Shown here: piece by piece, positions 9,091 through 21,034 of the stretch | Layout of the letters: each line of letters opens with the position of its first letter | How positions within the stretch are numbered: position 1 is the first letter of the stretch | From: Octopus sinensis | Taxonomy: Eukaryota | NCBI RefSeq assembly: GCF_006345805.1 | Contig: NW_021836912.1 | Location: 1 to 22,712 of the forward strand | Direction of reading: 5' to 3' | DNA: 22,712 nt | Program-made: the position numbers and the translations under genes | The notes under the pieces: generated by a model | What the model was told of the DNA's origin: nothing | The model's database searches: none | What the model saw: only the letters and a program-made list of their open reading frames with translations

Positions 9091-10163
9091 ACTGGATCTT
9101 TTCCTTTTGAACGGCACATGTCAACACAATTTCTAGTTAACTAAATACTTTTAAACTTCATATACTGGTAGAATGTGTTTATAAAACATAATTTTTTCTT
9201 GGCTTTATTGAGAAAATTCTATATGTTGTAACATATTTCCACTTTAATTTCAAGCATTTCGGCAATTTTAACCAATCGCTGACCTTCATTGACGTAAATA
9301 ACATTCCGTGCTGTATGAATATGACCCTCGATAAAAAAACAGATTGGGTTTATTTATATTTGCGAAGAAAAAAAGATACCCTTCCCCCACCCCTAACCCT
9401 AACTCTATCCCTAAATCTAAAATAGATTGAAATGCAATAGATCGATACTAGGGTTATAATTATGGGTGACATTTTCATTTGATACTTCAAGAAAAAAATC
9501 CCATTTTCCTTAGTGGTGTCGTATGAAATGGTCACCCATAATTATAACCCTAGTATCAATCTATTGCATTTCAATCTATTTTAGATTTAGGGTTAGGGGT
9601 GGGGGAAGGGTATCTTTTTTTCTTCGCAAATGTAAATAAACCCAATCTGTTTCTTAAACGGGGGACATATTCATACAGCACGGAATGTTGTTTATGTCAA
9701 TGGAGGTCAGCGATTGGTTAAAATTGCCAAAATGCTTGAAATTAAAGTGGAAATATGTTACAACATATAGAATTTTCTCAATAAAGCCAAAAAAAATGAT
9801 GTTTTATAAACACATTCTACCAGTATATAAAGTTTAAAAGTGTTTAGTTAACTAGAAATTGTGTTGACATGTGCCGTTCAAAAGGAAAAGATCCAACACT
9901 TTTTTGAAATGTATCCCGTACTTCCGGAAGTACATCGGTACTTATACCGTAAGATCACCCTATTTTATTGCATTTTGATTTATATTTCATCTGTTTGACA
10001 AAAACAAGTTACTGTTGCTTGAAAACAACTGGGTAATGTTGTCTGTGTTTGAAAACAGTTTTGTTCACATTGCTGATTTTTCATTCATCAGAACTTCAAC
10101 TTCATTTCTGCCTTCATCTAATCACATTTCCAGTTTCATTTTCTCCCTCTCCCAATTTACCAC

Positions 10164-13100
10164 ATGCCACCTAAGAAATGAATCTGTCTCGGGCGCCAGA
10201 CGACTGCTGTGTCGGCACAGAGGGCTAGAAGGGCCAATGAGACTTCTGACGAAACTAATTTGTGATTGGCTCAGACCTCTTTGCGTGCTTCAAGCAGGAG
10301 AGTCACTGAAAGTGACAACAAAAGAGCTATGTGACCACAAACGAGGAGGTCATATGACCGTTCGGTGCGTTTTCAAGAAACGAGCTTAGCTCGATCTGCT
10401 CGCAATTCAAAAAACGCTGCTGCCACTGCCAAAGTGAGAACCTCCGAGACTGTGGAACAACGGGCAGTCCAAAATTCAAAAAATGCTGCTGTCACTACTA
10501 CTACACGATCTGCTGAAACTCCTCTACAGAGACGTGGTAGGCTACAGGAGAATAGTCATCGGCGAGAGGCTACTCGCAGCATTACAAGCCCAAAAAGTTC
10601 CTGTTGGCTCATGAAGGCTTTCAGCTACGAACCGACGATAAGCTCCTCCTCCTGTTCTGAAATCGAGAATGGGGCTATGTGCTCCACCTGCAAACACTGC
10701 AATGCTAAGAAGTGGTCAGCCGAACCACCTGGGATGTGCTGCTCAAATGGCAAAGTGCAGCTACAACTACTTGAAGACCCTCCACAAACTTTGAAGGATC
10801 TTCTGGCAGGGTCAGCACCAAGGTCGTCTGGATTTCTTCAACTTATCAGGACATATAACTGTGCTTTCCAGATGCCCTCCTTTGGGGCTAAAGTTGTTCG
10901 AGAGGAAAGGTGGATGCCAACTTTTAAGGTCCAGGGGCAGATTTACCACCTCATTGGGTTGCCCCAGCCCCATAAAAATAGTTCACCAGCGTTTTTGCAG
11001 CTTTATTTTATCTCAGACTACAATCAACAGGCTGCTGCACGAGTAGCCATTTTCCTGGCGCTTGGAGACAACACAGAGACTGAAACTTTCAACAGACATC
11101 TTACTTGGCCTACAAACAATGCTGCATGAGTACAACAGTTAAATCCTCAGTTTTAAATGTGCGTTGGAGAACACACCCTGTCCCAACTACAATGTCGTCA
11201 TTGACGCTGACAAGAGGCCATCTGGGGGGCATGCTTGCTGCTTCAATGCTCCTGCGTGCAATGAGGTGGCAGTCGTTCTTCATGGGGACCAACACAACCC
11301 CAGAGATATAGTTATCTCATACCGTGGTGGTGGCCTTCGTAGGATTAGCGAAACTCACCGCTCTTATGACAGCCTACAGTACCCCCTTTTGTTCACTCGC
11401 GGGGAGGATGGTTACCATTTCGGCATTCAACATCGTCAACCCAACAACCCATCTGTGACATTGGCCAAAATAGTGTCGTCAAGGGCATATTATGCCTACA
11501 GATTTATGTTGCAGGTTAACAGCTTCAATCACTTGCATTGGTCGTGAGACCTATTCCATCAGTTTGCAGTGGACATGGCTGCAAAGGTTGAATCCGAGCG
11601 TCTTTGTTTCATAAAAACACACCAGGAAGAGCTGCGCAGTGACAGTTACATCCATCTATGAGATAGGATCCAGAATGATGCTGATCCCTGAAGCCTGGGA
11701 AAGACCAGCATCCTACCCTCCAGCTACACTGGGAGACCCAGGTACATGCACGAATGAACCCAAGATGCAATGACATACGTCCGAAATTATGGTTGTCCGG
11801 ACCTGTTTATTACATTCACGTGTGACCCAAAGTGGGTGGATATAACCTGCGAACTTTACCCTGAGCAACAACCTGCCTACAGGCATGATCTACTTGGTCG
11901 AGTGTTCCAGCTAAAGTTGGCCAAGTTGAAGTCATTAATCAAAAAGGGGCAGATTTTTGGGCCAGTCAAGTGTGACATGTACACCGTGGAATGGCAGAAG
12001 AGAGGAAATCCACATGCTCACATTCTGATTTGGCTAGCGACGAAAATCAACTCCAACGACGTTAATGCAATCATCTTGGCTGAGATTCTTAACCCTACCA
12101 TCGACCATGAGTTATATGACATTGTCAGCATGAACATGATTCATGGTCCGTGTGGGCTGGGTGTTGATGGCCATCATGCGTGCCTACAGGAGTAAGGGAT
12201 TCCCAAAGCAATTTGTTGATGAGACACAGACCAATGGAGACGGGTACCCCCTCTACAGACGGAGACGGCCTGAGAACGGTGGCTTCACCACAACAGTAAA
12301 GGGAAGTAAAGTAGACAATCGGTGGGTTGTCCCTTACTGCCCACTTCTCTTGAAGATTTTTAACGCCCATATAAACGTTGGATTTTGCAGTTCTGTTAAA
12401 GCCATAAAGTACATTTGTAAGTACATTAACAAAGGCTCTGATACCGCTGTATTTGGCCTTCAAAGTGCCTGTGGAAGGGATGAAGTTTCTGAGTACCTGT
12501 CGGGGTGGTACATCAGCAGCAATGAGGCTTTTTGGCGTATCTTCAGTTTCCCCCTCCACCAAAGGCATTCAGCAATCGTGCATCTGACTGTTCATTTGGA
12601 GAACAGTCAGCATGTATACTTTTCTGAGCACAATGCTGCCCAATTGGCTGCCCAGCCAAAGGAGACAACCCTTACTGTTTTTTTTTTGCAAAGCGTCTTA
12701 TTTATCTACGACTGCCATCCTACTTTGTGTGGGATAAAAACGTTTGGACACGAAGACAGTCAGGGGTAGACGTAGATGGGCATCTGGGCATTAAGTTTTT
12801 GGATTGCCTCGGGAGGGTGTACACGGTGCATCCAAGCCAGCAGGAGTGTTTTCACTTGCAGCTCCTCCTTCATGAAGCTGTTGGTCCAGAAAGCTTTCAG
12901 GACATCAGAACTGTTGACAATGTGTGCTATGACATGTTTCGAGCAGCCTGCTTCCAGCGTGGGCTTTTGGAGGATGACTCACAATGGGATTCTACTTTGG
13001 CTGAAGGGGTTTGCTAAATTCACCTAAAAGCCTACGGCAAGTTTTCGCTATTTTGCTCCAAAAATGTGGGTTGTCCAATCCAGCTTCTTTGTGAGTGAAG

Positions 13101-14716
13101 TACAGGGACCCCATGTCTGAGGACTTCCTCAGATAGCAAAGCAACAATGCCCTAATGCTGACATTGGATACAATGACCTGATCTATAATAATGCGCTGAT
13201 TGAAATCGAGGATGCCCTGCTCAAAATGGGTGGGGCAGCGTTGAACACATTCGGTTTGCCATCCTCATTACGACAGAATGTTAACATACTCGCACCAAAG
13301 TTACTTTTGGAGTTGTCATATGATGCTGATGGCCTTGCAGAGTACCTGAGAGTAAATGAACCGAAATTGCTCCCTGATCAGAGGCTGGCGTACAAAACTG
13401 TCATCAGTGCTGTTGAAAAACAAGCGGGCGGAATTTTTTTCCTTGATCCTCCTGGAGGTACTGGAAAATCCTTTCTAACACAATTAATACTTGCTAAGAT
13501 TCGTTGCAAGATACAAATTGTGCTAGCTGTTGCCTCCTCAGGAATCGCTGCTACATTATTGCAGCGGTAGGTAGGACAGCACACTCGGCATTCAAGCTGC
13601 TTTTGGATTTGGTGAGGGCTGAGGTTCCTTCTTGCAACATTGGCAAAAATTCAGAGGAAGCTGTGTCATCTCATTGTATGGGATGAATGCACAATGACCA
13701 ATAAGGGTGCCCTTGAGGCACTGGACCAGTCACTGAAAGATATCAGGGATTCTACAGCTTCTATGGGTGGTGTAACTCTATTGCTTTCAGGAGATTTCCG
13801 GCAAACCCTTCCTGTCATCCCTAAAGGGAGCAGGGCTGATGTAGTGTGCGCATGCCTTAAGTCATCTACGTTGTGGCCCCAGGTTAAGACGTTAAGCCTA
13901 GGCACAAACATGCGTGTGCACGTGATTGGTGATAGCACATCTGCAGTATTTGCTGAAAACATTTTAGCCCTTGGAGAAGGCAAGGTCCCTAGGAATGATA
14001 GGGGTGACATATCACTCTGAACTGTGCAACACCGTGGACAACCCTCCCGATCTTTTGGAAACAGTGTTCCCCAATCTGGAAAGTAATTATGCAGACATCA
14101 ATTAACTCAGTGAAAGAACCATCCTGGCCCCTAAAAACATAGCTGTCAGTGCTATCAACGACCAGCTCATAAGCTGAATTCCAGGTGAAGAGCGCATCTA
14201 CAAATCGATTGACCGGACCTCTGACCCTCAAGACATTGTCAATTACCCTATTGAGTTTCTCAACTCATTAGAGCCAGCAGGGCTTCCACCTCACATTCTT
14301 AGGCTAAGGGTTGGATGCCCAATTATGCTAATCAGAAACTTGCTTCCGCCTAAACAGTGCAATGGAACCCGCTTAGTAGTCAAGTCCCTGACGCCCCATT
14401 TATTGAGGCTACCATTGTTACAAGGTGCGGGAGGGGTGAAAATGTTTTCATTTAAAGGATGCACCTTTATCACTCGGGATCCAACATGCCATTTAACTTC
14501 CGCAGATCGCAGTTCCCAGTGAGACCATGCTTTGCCATGTCCATCAACAAATCCCAAGGCCAAACACTATCGGTGGCAGGCATCCATTTGGGGGAGCCAT
14601 GTTTTTCACATGGGCAACTTTATGTGACCTGCTCCTGTGTGGGAAGTAGAAATGCTCTTTTTGTGTATGCTCCTCAGGGCAGAACACGCAATGCTGTCTA
14701 TAGCGAAGTTTTATAG
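10164..14716 (+). pseudogene. Helitron RepHel (HUH/Y2 replication initiator plus PIF1-like SF1 helicase) pseudogene
   Basis: Starts MPPKK* at 10164, in frame with the 10365 ORF. Motifs: CKHCNAKKW..EPPGMCCSNGKV; Rep PDLFITFTCDPKW, VEWQKRGNPHAHILIW, KYICKYINKG; helicase DPPGGTGKSF, IVWDEC, GDFRQTLPVI, AMSINKSQGQTL, FSHGQLYV; ends YSEVL*. Many stops and frameshifts. Confidence 0.95.
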
Positions 14717-14957
14717 ACAAGTCGTCATTACAGCTGATGTAGTTATAAACAGGTGATCCGGAAGCATTGGCTGGATATATTCTCAGAACATGGACTCTTC
14801 CGCTTTTTTATTGGACAATACTGACGTCCACAACAATGCTCACCTGGCCGATATCAGTGCTTGGCTAAGTTGCTCATAGAGTTAGGCTAGAAGTGACAGG
14901 CCCTTTATTTTGGGGTTAAGGCTGCTAAGTTTTCTTAAGTTACTCCAATCCAGATCC

Positions 14958-15165
14958 CCAATGCAAACCTTCGGATCAACCTTCTCCTATGCAGATCTCT
15001 AATGCAACTTTATCCAATCCAAATCTTTGAGTCACCCATCTTCACTGTAGATCTCCAATGCAAACCTTCAATGCATCCTTATCCAATGCAAACCTTCGAT
15101 GCAGCCTTCTCCAATGCAGATTTCCAAGGCAACCTTCTCCAATGCATATCTTCGATGCAGCCTTG
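14958..15165. repeat. Degenerate minisatellite of ~12-14-bp units (CCAATGCAAACCTT-like)
   Basis: Repeated CAATGCA / ACCTTC blocks downstream of the RepHel stop. Confidence 0.75.
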
Positions 15166-15469
15166 ATGATAGTACCCCTAGGAGGGGTTAGGACTAGATT
15201 AGGATTAGTCGCTCTTTTACCAGAAGAGTTCCTAACTCATGGGCCAAGGGGGTTAGATGATAGGGGTGGTGTCTTCAAAAGGGCCGGCATGTGCAACCTG
15301 ATCACCTCTGCCGGTCAAACTCCCAACACATGCGTTCCCATCGCGACACTGATTCTACAGAACTGGGTTGGGTGTGAAAACCAACTTTAAAGTATAAATA
15401 TAGATTTTTTTGAATCAGCAATGTTGTTCTCGGTTAAGTCCTATTTGGGGCAAAAAATTAATAAACTTA

Positions 15470-15740
15470 TAAACCGATTCCTAATAGGATTTCCCACTAA
15501 AATTTTCAACCATAACTTTTACCAATTTTGACATATTTTGTTCAAACTTGATGCCAACATTACTTAGGATTCATGGGATCTTTGAATGCTTTAAGTTCTC
15601 AAAAAAAAAAAAAAAGAAACAATAGATGAGTGGAAATAATCAATAAACCGATTCCTTATAGGATTGCCTGCAACCCATTTTCAGCCAAACATTCACCAAT
15701 TTCAACAGATTTTGCTCAAATTTCATGTCGGTGTTACTTA
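15470..15740 (+). repeat. Two diverged ~100-bp subterminal direct repeats in the Helitron 3' region
   Basis: ATAAACCGATTCCTAATAGGATT...ACCAATTTTGACATATTTTG at about 15470-15565 versus ATAAACCGATTCCTTATAGGATT...ACCAATTTCAACAGATTTTG at about 15643-15740. Confidence 0.7.
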
Positions 15741-15788
15741 TTTCGGTTTGAAATAAAGCACTCAATCACTTAGTAATTCTAACTTAAT

Positions 15789-15816
15789 CCCGGGCAACGC
15801 CGGGCTATACTGCTAG
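15789..15816 (+). terminator. Helitron 3' terminal hairpin and CTAG end
   Basis: CCCGG-GCAACG-CCGGG stem-loop ending 8 nt before CTAG. Confidence 0.85.
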
Positions 15817-16665
15817 TATATATATAATACACACACATTCCTGTGTTTCTGAGTATCTCTGTATGTCTATACTTGAATATAATGGAGTAAAAAGGTATGT
15901 CAAGCTCTGTCCTTTTATGTGAAAGATCATTTAAATATATTTCAGACGAATATATGTACTGTGGCTTATATGTTCAACTAAACTCCCTCAAATGCGGTGC
16001 CCTGTCATGACCACTGTTGCAGTCTAGTCTTGACCAACAACTAAAACCAGCCAGAAGAGTATAGCATAAAATTAAAGACAGTAAGAAGACTACAATATTT
16101 TCACTGCAATATCATAAATTGTAATAGCTATCTAATCTGCTAATAATTACCACATAATTTTTATAATATTGTTGCAATCATGTTTTATCTCTGCTAGCAA
16201 AATTACCATTATGATCTATAATAATAAAAGAAAATATCTTCTAATTATCTTCACCTCGTTTTTAACATCATGTTAAGAAGTTATTTTATAGGTCTGTGTC
16301 ATTACATTATTTAGTAGTCATTATATCTACAAGCAGACTTCTTTCTCGCCCCTTCCTGTACTCTCTTATTTTCATTTCTAATAAAAGAACATTACCTATG
16401 ATCTGGGAAGCAAAGGTGGTTGCGGATATTGGTAATGTTTCTTTGCTTATTATTTTCTTTTTCTTTATAGTCATCTAAGAATCCATAAGTCACAAAAAAA
16501 TAGGCATTCGCATATTTTTCGATGGAGTAAGTATATTAATGGATCTATAATACTGTATTGATTAATATGTGTATGGGGAGAGAGAAAGACATATATGTAT
16601 ATATACATGTGTGTGTCTGTGTGTATGCATATGTACACACACAAATACATACAGAGTATATATGA

Positions 16666-16765
16666 ATAGTTAAAAAGTTCACTCTACAATCACAAAATCC
16701 TGGATTCAATCCCACTCTGTGTTATCTTGAGCAAATGTAATTTTCTATAGCATCAAGCTGACCCA
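16666..16765 (+). mobile_element. Old tRNA-derived SINE remnant
   Basis: B-box-like GGATTCAATCC followed by GTGTTATCTTGAGCAA, similar to GTTGTGTCCTTGAGCAA in the younger SINE at 17690-18009. Confidence 0.45.
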
Positions 16766-17125
16766 TAGAAAACCCTGCTCCATCATAGTCTAGTTATAAC
16801 CATGCAAATCCTTGATCATAATGAAACTATAATTATGTAAGTGTGCGTCAAATGAGATGTATGAGAGAATGAGAGATGTATATGTTTATTTGTATTTTTT
16901 ATATTATCCATTTAAGTGCGAAGAACACTCACATTTGTGTTATTATTGTTCATTCAACAAGGACTGTATTCTGTTTTTAAAACAGTGAGATTTCTAAAGA
17001 GAATACTTTGGAAGTATCAATTTCTATACAAGACATATTAATGTCTTACAAGACCAGCACTTATGTTAGGAGATAGGTTATAACTGATTAGATCAACCAT
17101 AATACATTTGTGGAATGTACTTAAA

Positions 17126-17230
17126 TTGGCAGAATTGTTAGAGCACTAAACATAATGCCATGTGGTATTTAGTTATGTTTACATTTTGAGATTAAATCCT
17201 TCCAAATCCACTGTGCCAATCATCTTTCAG
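17126..17230 (+). mobile_element. Old SINE head remnant, target of the RTE insertion
   Basis: A-box-like TGGCAGAATTGTTAG and a decayed B box (GAGATTAAATCC). The same head occurs inverted at about 20094-20112. Confidence 0.4.
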
Positions 17231-17234
17231 GAGC

Positions 17235-18634
17235 CATCATCATCATCGTCATTTAACATTTGCTTTCCATGCTGGCATGGGTTGGATGGTTTGACTGAGA
17301 GCTGGCAAACAAGAAAGCTGCACCAGGCTCCAATTTGATCTGGCAAAGTTTCTACAGCTGGATGTCCTTTTTAATGCCAACCACTCCGAGAGTGTAGTGG
17401 GTGCCTTTTACATGCCACCAGCACAAGGGCAAGTCAGGTAGTACTGGCATCGACTATGCTTGAATGGTGCTTTTTACATGCTACTGGCACGGGAGCGAGT
17501 CAGGTGACACTGGCAATGACTACGCTCAAATGGTGCCTTTTACGTGCCACCAGCAAAGAACCAGTCAGGCATACTGTCATCGGCCATGACAATGACTCCA
17601 CTTTCTTCAACAGGTCTTTGGAAGCACATTTCATTGCCTAGCGATTGAAGGGTGCTCTTAAAGGGCTGGTTATGCTGCACTGGCATAGAAAGACTCCGCC
17701 GGTTACGACGACGAGGGTCCCAGCTGATACGATCAACGGAACAGCTTGCTCGTGAAATTAACGTGCAAATGGCTGAGCATTCCACAGACATGTGTACCCT
17801 TAACGTAGTTCTTGGGGATAATCAGCGTGACACAGAGAGTGACAAGGCTGACCCTTTGAAATACAAGTACAACTCATTTTTGCCAGATGAGTGGACTGGA
17901 GCAACGTGAAATAAAGTGTCTTGCTCAAGGACACAACGCGTCGCCGGGAATCGAACTCACAACCTTACGATCATGAGCCGAATGCCCTAACCACTAAGCC
18001 ACGCGCCCTCACTGGCATAGACCACAGTTATGGTCTCACTTGGTTTTCTGGGTCTTCTCAATCACAGTATATCTCCAAAGGTCTCTGTCGCTTGTCATTG
18101 CCTCTGTGAGGCCCAGCATTTGAAAGTCGTGCTTCACCACCTCATCCTATGTTTTCCTGGGTCTACCTCTTCCACAGGTTCCTTCCACTGTTAGGGTGTG
18201 ACACTTCTTCACACAGCTGTCCTCATCCATATGCAACATGACCATACCATGCACTTGTCTCTCTTGAACATCACATCTGATGCTTCTTGAGTCCAACTTT
18301 TCTCTCAGGGTACTTACACTCTGTTGTGTATGCACACTAACATTACACATCCAGTAGAGCATACTACCTTCATTCCTTGCATGCTTACGCATGTCCTCAG
18401 CAGTCACAGCCCATGTTTCACTGCCATGAAGCATAGCTGTTTGCACACAGGCATCATACAGTCTACCTTTCACTCTGAGCAAGAGGCCCTTTGTCACCAG
18501 CAGAGGTAGGAGCTCTCTGAACTTTTGCGCAGGCTATTCTTATTCTAGCAGCTACACTCTCAGAGCATCCACCCCTGCTACTGACTTGGTCACCTAGGTA
18601 ACAGAAGATATCAACTACTTCTAGTTTTTCCCTC
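17235..18634 (-). mobile_element. RTE-clade LINE, 5'-truncated (copy E), interrupted by a SINE
   Basis: (GAT)n tail at 17235, three tandem units, 3' UTR continuous across the SINE TSD, and RT C-terminal coding at 18040-18630 (LEVVDIFCYLGDQ, RLYDACVQTAMLHGSETW, GRPRKT). Confidence 0.9.
17690..18009 (-). mobile_element. tRNA-derived SINE with a CORE-like central domain
   Basis: A box TGGCTTAGTGG, B box GAGTTCGATTCC, then GTTGTGTCCTTGAGCAAGACACTT. 12-bp TSD CACTGGCATAGA at 17678-17689 and 18010-18021. Confidence 0.88.
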
Positions 18635-19860
18635 TGGCATGTAAAAAGCACCATTCAAGCATAGTCGATGCCAGTACTACCTGACTTGCCCTTGTGCTGG
18701 TGGTACGTAAAAGGCACCCACTACACTCTTGGAGTGGTTGGCATTAAAAAGGACATCAAGCTGTAGAAACTTTGCCAGATCAGATTGGAACCTGGTGCAG
18801 CTTTCTTGTTTGCCAGCCCTCAGTCAAACCATCCAACCCATGCCAGCATGGAAAGCAGATGTTAAATGACGATGATGATGATGGCTCCTGAAGGATGATT
18901 GGCACAGTGGATTTGGAAGGATTTAATCTCAAAATGTTAACATAACTAAATACCGCATGGCATTATGTTTAGTGCTCTAACAATTCTGCCAATATAAGTA
19001 CATTCCACAAATGTATTATGGTTGATCTAATCAGTTATAACCTATCTCCTAACATAAGTGCTGGTCTTTGCATATTTTTAGTGTTTATTGCCCCTGAGCA
19101 TTTGCCAGGGTTGACTTAACAAACCTCTTCCCTCATAGACAAAAAGGTTTATGGCTTTGTACCTATGTAAGAAATTGCTTTCCATTTTCACAACTCTATA
19201 GACGAAGTTCACATCAGTAAAGGGCTAAGTCAGAGAAACAAATGAGTTTCTGTTAAACATCCAGTGAAGCTTTGCCAGAAAATACTTCAGTTGTAAACAG
19301 CATATCACTAAGTAGAGGAAGAGAAACTGACTGGGATCCCCTCAGTACATCAAATGAACTGGAAAATGTCTGGAGCTAAATTCCATTGGCTATGCATAAT
19401 CATAATCTGTGGTTATTACATGGTGAAACATTCTACTCAGCTCGATTCAGAACTCTCTTCATCAAAACAGCCCAAAGTGAGTGCCATGCCCAATCCCAGT
19501 CACTGGTAATCAGCAGTGTGCTTCAGCTCAAGAGTTCAGTTGACCCAATTTATTGCCCAGTTTAATCCCATCACTTGACCTTTGGATATCATTTGGAGAG
19601 TCCATTTTGTGGTGTTGCCTTTGGATCATGCTTTTGGTTTGAGAATAAGTTATGAGTTGTCATTTTTTCTTCTCTTTCCCAAATCAGTCTTGCAAATCCT
19701 GCACTAAAATCATAGAGACTGACCCACATCTTCTGAGTATGCAATTAAAAAAAAAGACACAAGTGTCTTTCACACAAATGTGTGTGTGTGTGTGTGAGCA
19801 TTTAGTTGTTTGATCAGTTCATGAAATTAAAACATAAGCATAAAATCATTCTGTAGTCAT

Positions 19861-20113
19861 GTGTACCCTCATTACAATACACAAGTCAGATCAGTATGAC
19901 AACGATGTGACAAGGCTTGACCTTTGAATTACAGGTACAATGTAGATAGAAAGATGAATTGAGCTGATTTTACTACTGGTTTTATATGTTATGTGTCTGC
20001 TCTGAAAAAGGGGAAAGGTAAAGTTTACCTCAGTTTCATTTGAATTAGGATTAGAGAGATCCAAAATATATACTGCACTGCATTTTATTCATATTCTAAC
20101 AATTCTGCCAATT
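19861..20113 (-). mobile_element. Old SINE remnants
   Basis: TGTGACAAGGCTTGACCTTTGAATTACAGGTAC resembles 17838-17870, and TTCTAACAATTCTGCCAAT is the reverse complement of the head at 17125-17143. Confidence 0.5.
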
Positions 20114-21034
20114 TACCAACTTGATATAGAAATAAAAAACAAAGAAGAAAGAGAAAGAAAGAATAAGTGTGTGTGATTAGGTTTGAACACAAGCTTTGTG
20201 AGTGTTTTCTTCAAAAACTTAAACAAACAAGAATTTAATCTTAGAAAAATGTGGTAAAGACTGAAATCCAAACTCTATCAAATAAAAATAATGATGAAGA
20301 AAAAGACCTTACCCTTAATTTCTTTCTCTGCCACAAGAAAGCTTGGAATTTTCCAAAGGAAACTACAAAGGTAATTTTCAAAAAATGGCACTGCTTAAAT
20401 AATCAGAACAACTAATTTCAGATCAAAAACTGGAAATATTTCTTTTTGTTATTGTACAAAATATTTTTTTATTTTTATATTTTTGCTTATTCTAATTTTG
20501 GTAAAAAGTTTTTGTTGTTGCTTTGTTTTATGCTTTTATTTCAGATTTATTTTTGTTAAGCTCATTTAACTTTGTCAGAATGAAGAAATTTTGCTTAAAT
20601 TAGTTGTTGATTCTGATTCTGCTGCTAAAAATCTGGAAAAAAAATAAATAAATGTCCCTTCTCTATGAGATTGCTTCATTGTTATAAACAAGTACTAAAT
20701 TTAGTTAATTAGAAGACAAGCCTATTACTTCAAACCAAAGAAGAAATACTGGAGTAATTTACTCACCACAGTCCTGTTGTTTTAAGATCTGTTAAGAAAA
20801 AAAATGGGGATGATGTACTGAATGACATTCACAAAATGTTCCCAATTAATTTAAATTTCCTTTTAGCAAGAAAAGGAAAACGAAAACCTAAAAATAATTG
20901 TTAAAACTCTTAAAGAAAAGGCATAAAAGTTGAAGAAATTAAAAATTAGTTTCATCAAACTAATCTGTTTAATTGGATTAGTAAGTGGTTGAGTATTCCA
21001 TGTACATCTGTATCTTTAATATAACTCCCAAGCA

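Larger units (their letters stand above)
7978..9959. mobile_element. Non-autonomous palindromic TIR element, Merlin-like
   Basis: TIR GG(C/T)GATCTTACGGTATAAGTACC at 7978-8040 / 9897-9959 (5 mismatches in 63 bp). 8-bp TSD CTATTTTA at 7970-7977 and 9960-9967. The arms continue as 9093-9485 / 9516-9895. GG termini with an 8-bp TSD fit Merlin; the superfamily call is inferred. Confidence 0.75.
6781..15816 (+). mobile_element. Full-length degenerate canonical Helitron with nested insertions
   Basis: 5' A|TCATATCTATAAAAGGGAAG (an alternative TC lies at 6786); 3' hairpin CCCGG-GCAACG-CCGGG at 15789-15804 followed by CTAG|T at 15813-15816. It sits between A and T in a TA tract with no TSD and contains a RepHel pseudogene. 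Confidence 0.88.
17050..19068. repeat. ~430-bp inverted duplication (17050-17481 / 18637-19068)
   Basis: About 12 substitutions by eye (~97% identity). It covers the RTE 3' end plus ~185 bp of its flank. Confidence 0.93.

Noticed and set aside
12125-14563. Minus-strand ORFs opposite RepHel, and similar antisense ORFs over the RTE and CR1 copies
   Set aside because: These are shadow frames of TE coding sequence with no recognisable motifs.
10365-14716. Separate functional genes for the individual plus-strand ORFs, or an active transposase
   Set aside because: The ORFs are consecutive pieces of one RepHel broken by stops and frameshifts.
17935-18009. tRNA gene
   Set aside because: A and B boxes are present, but there is no closing acceptor stem or poly-T terminator. 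It continues into a SINE body and has a TSD.
17050-19068. Assembly artefact as the cause of the inverted duplication
   Set aside because: The arms differ at about 12 scattered positions, mostly transitions, which a duplicated read would not produce. A haplotype mis-join still needs long reads to exclude.
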